The notes under the pieces: model-generated | Told to the model about the DNA's origin: nothing | The model's input: only the letters and a program-made list of their open reading frames with translations | The model's database searches: none | Shown here: piece by piece, positions 58,744 to 64,000 of the stretch | How the letters are laid out: every line of letters starts with the position of its first letter | Position numbering within the stretch: the stretch's first letter is position 1 | DNA from: Phycisphaerales bacterium | GTDB lineage: Bacteria; Planctomycetota; Phycisphaerae; Phycisphaerales; UBA1924 | Reading direction: 5' to 3' | Assembly: GCA_965227775.1 (NCBI GenBank) | Contig: OZ245777.1 | Span: forward strand, 416,001-480,000 | DNA: 64,000 nucleotides | Position numbers and translations under genes: made by a program

Positions 58744-59253
58744 TCAGTCCAGCTCTTTGAGGGCCTTGGCCACCTCGTCGACGTGGCCGGGCACTTTGAC
58801 CTTGCTCCAGACCTGCGCGATCTTGCCGTTCGCGTCGATCAGGAACGTCGTGCGCTCGATGCCCATGTAGGTTCGGCCGTACATGCTCTTCTCGACCCAG
58901 ACGCCGTACTTCTGTGCGACAACGGGGTCTGGCTTGCCCTCGTCGTTCTCTCGATCGTCGGCCAGCAGCGGGAAGTTCAGGTCGTTCTTGCTCGCGAACT
59001 TTGCCTTGCTCTTGGTGTCGAGGATGCTCATGCCGAGCACGGTGGCACCGAGCTTCTTGAACGCCGGGAACTGATCACGGAAGTCGCAGGCCTCCTGCGT
59101 GCAGCCGCTCGTTGAGTCCTTGGGGTAGAAGAACAGCACGAGCGGCTTTCCGGCGTAGTCGCTCAGGGCATGGGTGTTGCCGTCTTGGTCCTTCAGCTTG
59201 AACGCCGGTGCTTTTCGGCCGGCCTTGATCGGTCCTTCGGTCGTTGTGGGCAT
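58744..59253 (-). CDS. bcp: Peroxiredoxin BCP/PrxQ
   Basis: FFYPKDSTSGCTQEACDFRD, YGVWVEKSMYG, ERTTFLID. Confidence 0.95.
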   Translation of the reverse strand: MPTTTEGPIKAGRKAPAFKLKDQDGNTHALSDYAGKPLVLFFYPKDSTSGCTQEACDFRDQFPAFKKLGATVLGMSILDTKSKAKFASKNDLNFPLLADDRENDEGKPDPVVAQKYGVWVEKSMYGRTYMGIERTTFLIDANGKIAQVWSKVKVPGHVDEVAKALKELD

Positions 59254-59321
59254 GCGTAGCTCCTTACGAAAAGAAGGCTACGGCGCGGGGCGGGCGATCT
59301 GTGCAGGGCGCAGAGCAGGAT

Positions 59322-59873
59322 TCAGGAAACCACCCACCGGATCATCGTTGCCGCCAGCACCACGCCGACCATCATCGCGATCGCGAATCGAGCCATCACC
59401 GGCAAGGTCGCCTGCTGCGGCGTGTGGGCGGGGCGTATCAGCGGGAGCCGCTCGGCGGTCGCGAGGCCAAGGGGCTCTTCTCCGCAGCGGGCCGAATCCT
59501 GGACGATCGCGATGACCAAGTTGGCGTCGAACTGTCGGAGCCCGAGCCGCGATGCCTGACTAAGGAGTCGATCGCGGGACTCGGGCCGCAGGATGGCCGC
59601 CCGGCCGCCCTCGATGCTCGCTGCGACGCGGCAGGCGAACACCCAGCGGGCGTCGGCGGCATCGATCGACGCGGCCTGTCGGTTGGCCCGGGCCACCTCG
59701 AGCTCTCGGGCTGCGCGGAGCGCCGCCTCGCTCGGCTGCTCGGGTGCCGTGGCGTCGCCCACCAGTGACGCCACGGCCCGAGCCGCGTTGCGTGCTGGCA
59801 ACGCCGTTGCACGCACGCCACGCCCGTCGCCGGCGAGACGCAACGTATGGCTTGTTCCGGCCGATTCCATCAT
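59322..59873 (-). CDS. Hypothetical protein with C-terminal TM
   Basis: DARWVFA.RV...LGLRQFDANLVIAIVQD core; start uncertain. Confidence 0.6.
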   Translation of the reverse strand: MMESAGTSHTLRLAGDGRGVRATALPARNAARAVASLVGDATAPEQPSEAALRAARELEVARANRQAASIDAADARWVFACRVAASIEGGRAAILRPESRDRLLSQASRLGLRQFDANLVIAIVQDSARCGEEPLGLATAERLPLIRPAHTPQQATLPVMARFAIAMMVGVVLAATMIRWVVS

Positions 59874-59937
59874 CAAGGGAGCCAGAGGTGCATTTCTCGT
59901 GCCGAACCGGCCGTGATCTGGCGATACACTCGGCGGC

Positions 59938-60534
59938 ATGGCCGAGGGAGACACCCAGCCCGAACAGTCCTCCCAGCCGGACCCACGGTCCGGCGAGGCG
60001 CTGCCCGATCTCGAGGTATCCCTGGACGCCCAGGCCGTGCTGGAGCAGCTCGGCCAGGCAGCCCGGCGCGGCAAGCTGCCCGAGTACGCCCGCGGAGGGC
60101 CAGACGGAGCGCAGTTCAAGGCCAGCGCCCTGGGCCACCCGTTCGATCGAGACCTGCTGGCGTGGGCCGAACCGCACGAGGGCGGCACACGGCTGCGATT
60201 CGGGCTGCATTGGCGGAAGAAAATTCCGATAATCTACATCATCGCCATGATCGCGACGGTCGAGCCGGGCCGGTACTTCCTGGATGTCATGATTCCGGGC
60301 TCGTGGGGCTGGGGCTCGATCATGTGGTGGTACTACCCCCTGACCATCCTCTCCATCCCGCTGATGTGGTGGAGCTTCATGCGAAGCTCTCGACGCACCA
60401 CCCTTGAGGCGGCCCGCGAAAGCCACGAGGCGATCCGGACGATCCTGGGGGCGAAAGCGGCAGGATCGGACGACCCTGAGAAGGAAGTTTGCCTACCGCA
60501 GGGAAAGGGCGGGCCGTCTGTTCCGATAGACTAA
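59938..60534 (+). CDS. Hypothetical membrane protein
   Basis: RRGKLP motif, two Trp-rich TM segments. Confidence 0.7.
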   Translation: MAEGDTQPEQSSQPDPRSGEALPDLEVSLDAQAVLEQLGQAARRGKLPEYARGGPDGAQFKASALGHPFDRDLLAWAEPHEGGTRLRFGLHWRKKIPIIYIIAMIATVEPGRYFLDVMIPGSWGWGSIMWWYYPLTILSIPLMWWSFMRSSRRTTLEAARESHEAIRTILGAKAAGSDDPEKEVCLPQGKGGPSVPID

Positions 60535-60611
60535 GGACCGACGTGGCCCGCCCACGCTCTCAACAAGCACCCATTCGGCCCGGCCGGCTCCAAAAGGCCA
60601 GGAGGAAGCAC

Positions 60612-62333
60612 ATGCTCAAGTCTGCTCGTTCGTTCGAAGGCCTCGCCGGCCGAATGTCCTGCGTTGTTGCCGCCTGCGGGCTTGCAATCTCGGCTCCGGC
60701 GCTCGCGAAGCCCCAGGTGCTTGACTGGGTGCCCACCGAAGCGAGCGGCGTGATCGCCGTGAACAACCTGGGCGGCGCTTCGGGCGATCTGCAGGCCTTC
60801 TACCGGGCCAGCAACCTGCCGCCCATGGAAGGCGAGCTGCAGGCAATGTTCGCCGAGGTCGACGGCGTGGGTGTGGATGCCGGCCGGTCGGCCGCGTTCT
60901 TCTTCGTCGGCGGCGATACGAACAGCGTGATGCTGCTGCCGGTGACCAGCTACAAGGAGTTCGTGACCGCGCGCGGCGGTGTGGGTGCGGGCGTCGAAGA
61001 GATCGAGTTCGGCGGACAGAGCGTGTTCGTTCGGAAGGTCAACGAGACGTACGTCGCCATGAGCGACCGCGACGATTTCCTCGAGATGTGGAAGCCCGCC
61101 GATGGCCACATGGAAGCGCACGTCGCGGCCATTGGCGATCGCTCGTTCGACGCCGCCGGTGACGCCGACGTGTTCATCGTGGGTTCTATCGCGGCGCTGG
61201 CCGATGATTGGCGTCAGAGCTACGAGGGCATGAAGGGCATGGCGATGATGTTCGGCGGCCCCGAGGCCGCGCAGGGCTTCGGCGCCATCGACCCGCTCGT
61301 GGGCGCGTTCCTGACCGATGCGCAGACCGGTGTCGTCACGCTCGACTTTGCCGAGGACGGCGTAACCGCCCGCATGCTCAGCCGCTTCAAGGAGGGCTCG
61401 ATGCTTGCCGGCCTATTCCAGGGCAAGTCGAGCACCGAGGGGCTGCTGTCCCGCGTGCCCGACATGCCCTTCGCGATGGCCGCCGCGTTCGACACGTCGT
61501 CGCCTGGCGTGCAGAGCATCCTGGGCATGATGCAGGAGGGCATGGGCGACGAGATGGCCGGCCAGGGCCGCGCCATGATGGACATGCTGAACAACTCCAG
61601 CGGCGGCGCCATGGTGCTGGGCGCTCCCTCGATGCAGGAGATGAGCATCGGCGCTGGCGCTTTCGTGCGCAGCGCTGCGTACTACCGCTCGGACGAACCC
61701 GGCAAGCTGCAGGCGGCGATGGCCGACGGCATGAAGGTCGCCGATGGCCAGCGCACCGAGCAGGACGGCCTGGTCATCACCACCAACACGAGCTACCGCC
61801 CCGAGGCCCGCGTGATCGATGGCGTGACCGTCGACGAGTGGGGCGTGACGACCAACATCGAGGGCGAGGCCAACGAGCAGGCCATGCAGGCCCAGATGGC
61901 TATGAGCATGATGTTCGGCAGCAACGGCCTGGGCGGCTACGTGGCCCCCACCGACAACGGCGTGGTCATGACCATGTCGCGTAACAGCCAGATGCTCACC
62001 CAGACGCTGCAGACCGCGGCCAACGGCCAGGGCCTGGGCGCCAACGAGAGCATCGACGCCATCTCGGCCAAGCTGCCGGGCGACCGCGCACTCGAGCTGT
62101 ACATCGGTGTCGACCACCTGCTGGGCATCGGCGCTGCGTTCCTGGGCGATATCCCCGAGATGCCACCGGTGGCGATCGTTGCGGCCAGTGGCGACGGCAC
62201 CGCCGAGATCGCGCTGCACATTTCCCCAACAGTGATTGCCAAGGGCATGGAGCTCGGCATGATGTTCGGCGGCGGCATGGGCGGCCCGGGCATGGACTTC
62301 GATGACGGCGGGGAAGACGGACCGGCCTTCTGA
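60612..62333 (+). CDS. Exported hypothetical protein (DUF3352-like architecture)
   Basis: RBS AGGAGG; signal ALA|K; LDWVP and LSRVP half-domain starts; Met/Gly-rich tail. Confidence 0.75.
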   Translation: MLKSARSFEGLAGRMSCVVAACGLAISAPALAKPQVLDWVPTEASGVIAVNNLGGASGDLQAFYRASNLPPMEGELQAMFAEVDGVGVDAGRSAAFFFVGGDTNSVMLLPVTSYKEFVTARGGVGAGVEEIEFGGQSVFVRKVNETYVAMSDRDDFLEMWKPADGHMEAHVAAIGDRSFDAAGDADVFIVGSIAALADDWRQSYEGMKGMAMMFGGPEAAQGFGAIDPLVGAFLTDAQTGVVTLDFAEDGVTARMLSRFKEGSMLAGLFQGKSSTEGLLSRVPDMPFAMAAAFDTSSPGVQSILGMMQEGMGDEMAGQGRAMMDMLNNSSGGAMVLGAPSMQEMSIGAGAFVRSAAYYRSDEPGKLQAAMADGMKVADGQRTEQDGLVITTNTSYRPEARVIDGVTVDEWGVTTNIEGEANEQAMQAQMAMSMMFGSNGLGGYVAPTDNGVVMTMSRNSQMLTQTLQTAANGQGLGANESIDAISAKLPGDRALELYIGVDHLLGIGAAFLGDIPEMPPVAIVAASGDGTAEIALHISPTVIAKGMELGMMFGGGMGGPGMDFDDGGEDGPAF

Positions 62334-63247
62334 CCAACGACTCGAACCAGCACGGACACTGGGCGCTTGCCCACGGACGCGCGGTCGCCCTCCAGCGGCC
62401 GCGCGTCGTTGCCATATTGAACGCCACACCCGACAGCTTCTACGACGGAGGAGAACTGTCGGGCGCTCACATTGCCGTCGAGCGCGCAAGCGAGGCCGTG
62501 CGTGATGGCGCGGCGATGGTCGACATCGGCGGCGAGAGCACACGCCCAGGTGCGCAGCGCGTGCCGGCCGATGAGCAGATCGCACGAGTCATTCCGATCA
62601 TCGAGGCCATCCGCGCGTGCGATGATCGCGGCGTAGCAAGCGTCCCGATCAGCATCGACACGACGCTGGGCGAGGTTGCTCGTGCCGCGATTGAGTCCGG
62701 AGCCGACGCGATCAACGACGTCTCGGGCGGCACCGAAGATCCCTCGCTGCTCGAGACCGCAGCAGACCTGGGCGCCGGGCTCGTGTTGATGCATAGGGGG
62801 GCGCCCCCACCCAAGGACAAGTACGCCGATGAGTACGGCAGCGAGCCAGCGTTCCCCGAGGGCGTCGTCGCGGCCGTACGAGCGACGCTCAATGAGCACA
62901 CGCGGCGTGCGATGGGCGCCGGCGTGCTACGCGAGCGGATCGTCATTGACCCAGGTTTCGGTTTTGGCAAGAGTGTGGAGCAGAACCTCGAGTTGCTTCG
63001 CAACCTCGATGAGCTGGCGTCACTCGGATTCCCGCTCTACGTTGGGGCAAGTCGGAAGCGCTTCGTTGGGCGCGTCTCGATTGGGCCCGAGAGCGAGCCG
63101 GCGGATCGGATGGCCGGCTCGATCGCGTGCACCGTGCTGGCCGCCCAGGGCGGGGCCCTTCTGCACCGCGTGCACGATCCGGCCGAACACGTGCAGGCGT
63201 TATCGGTGTGGAAGGCATGGAATGCCCAGCGCGATGCGGGGGTTTAG
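62330..63247 (+). CDS. folP: Dihydropteroate synthase
   Basis: ILNATPDSFYDGG, DIGGESTRPG, SIDT, INDVSG, DPGFGFGK, GASRKRF, RVHD; probable CTG start at 62330 (track start 62417). Confidence 0.95.
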   Translation: MTNDSNQHGHWALAHGRAVALQRPRVVAILNATPDSFYDGGELSGAHIAVERASEAVRDGAAMVDIGGESTRPGAQRVPADEQIARVIPIIEAIRACDDRGVASVPISIDTTLGEVARAAIESGADAINDVSGGTEDPSLLETAADLGAGLVLMHRGAPPPKDKYADEYGSEPAFPEGVVAAVRATLNEHTRRAMGAGVLRERIVIDPGFGFGKSVEQNLELLRNLDELASLGFPLYVGASRKRFVGRVSIGPESEPADRMAGSIACTVLAAQGGALLHRVHDPAEHVQALSVWKAWNAQRDAGV

Positions 63248-63389
63248 CTCTCGCCCCGCGATTGCGACCGCCCGAGCGATGAGCACTGGTGGAAGGCAGG
63301 GTGGGGCTCGCTAGGATCGGGTGTTCGATTCTCGCGAGAACGAGACGGACGGGTCGTTCGCTGACCCAGATCGACGCAAGGAGCCACGC

Positions 63390-63728
63390 ATGGCCAACGA
63401 GCATGTCCAAGAGTTTACCGATGCTAACTTCGAGGCCGACGTGCTGAAGAGCGATCAGCCGGTGCTGGTCGATTTCTGGGCCGAATGGTGCATGCCGTGC
63501 CGGATGCTGGCGCCGATCGTCGATCAGCTCGCCGAAGACTTCGCCGGCAAGGTGAAGGTCGGCAAGCTCGACACTGATGCCAACCGTGAGGTCGCGGTGA
63601 AGTACGGCATCCACGCCATCCCGACGATCATCCTCTTCAAGGACGGCGAGCCGGTGGAGAAGTTCATCGGCCTGAAGAACCGCGAAGAGCTCGCCGCCGC
63701 AATGGACGGCGCCGTCGGCGCGGCCTGA
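63390..63728 (+). CDS. trxA: Thioredoxin
   Basis: VLVDFWAEWCMPC, YGIHAIPT; RBS AAGGAG. Confidence 0.95.
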   Translation: MANEHVQEFTDANFEADVLKSDQPVLVDFWAEWCMPCRMLAPIVDQLAEDFAGKVKVGKLDTDANREVAVKYGIHAIPTIILFKDGEPVEKFIGLKNREELAAAMDGAVGAA

Positions 63729-63765
63729 CGACTTCTTTCCACGCAGGCGATACAGTCACCCCCTG

Positions 63766-64000
63766 GTGAGCAGCACAGACCAACAGCCCGGCACGACCAA
63801 CGGCGCCCGCCTTCGCTGCGGAGCCGTTGGTGTCGGTCGTATGGGCCGCCACCACGCGCGCGTGTACGGCCAGCTTCCCGACACCGAGCTGGTTGGCGTG
63901 GTCGATGCCGACATCGAGCGCGCGGCCGACATGGCCGAGCAATTCGGCGGCAAGGCATTCAGCAGCCTCGACGAGTTGCTGGCTGAGGGCGTCGATGCCG
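63766..64000 (+). CDS. Gfo/Idh/MocA family oxidoreductase, 3'-truncated
   Basis: Translates ...LRCGAVGVGRMGRHHARVY...ELVGVVDAD..RA...VDA; runs off the window. Confidence 0.85.
   Translation, partial: MSSTDQQPGTTNGARLRCGAVGVGRMGRHHARVYGQLPDTELVGVVDADIERAADMAEQFGGKAFSSLDELLAEGVDA

Noticed and set aside
62255..62333. GGM-like tail (MMFGGGMGGPGM) suggesting a chaperonin relationship
   Set aside because: The protein is exported, Met/Gly-rich throughout and has no GroEL motifs; this is a low-complexity coincidence.

Overview
High-GC bacterial chromosome segment, most likely from Planctomycetota of the Phycisphaerales type. That placement is inferred from GC-type dockerin tails, PAP/PSP variants of PEP-CTERM tails, an ECF sigma/Ser-Thr kinase pair and lineage-typical hypothetical proteins. 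It holds about 60 CDS and one tRNA-Leu(GAG). Housekeeping genes include bamD, lptE, ftsH, groES, groEL, a thiolase, mlaD/mlaF, a cysteine desulfurase, mfd, comEA, purC, rpoZ, coaC, bcp, folP and trxA. I saw no CRISPR array, integrase, transposase or rRNA. The strongest candidates for undescribed biology are four. (1) A roughly 12.5 kb locus (31966-44483) joins three SPFH (HflK/HflC-like) proteins to an ABC system resembling PilG/PilH/PilI, plus two tandem small membrane paralogs. (2) A possible cohesin-dockerin surface-display system: four dockerin-tailed exported proteins and a PAP-CTERM-anchored protein that may be cohesin-like. (3) A catalytically eroded GxxExxY nuclease fold flanked by an RGG-rich and a poly-acidic disordered tail. 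(4) A small protein with possible Sm/Hfq-like topology between groES and groEL. All family calls come from reading motifs by eye, and no database searches were run. Several start codons were moved from the ORF track using RBS and overlap evidence.
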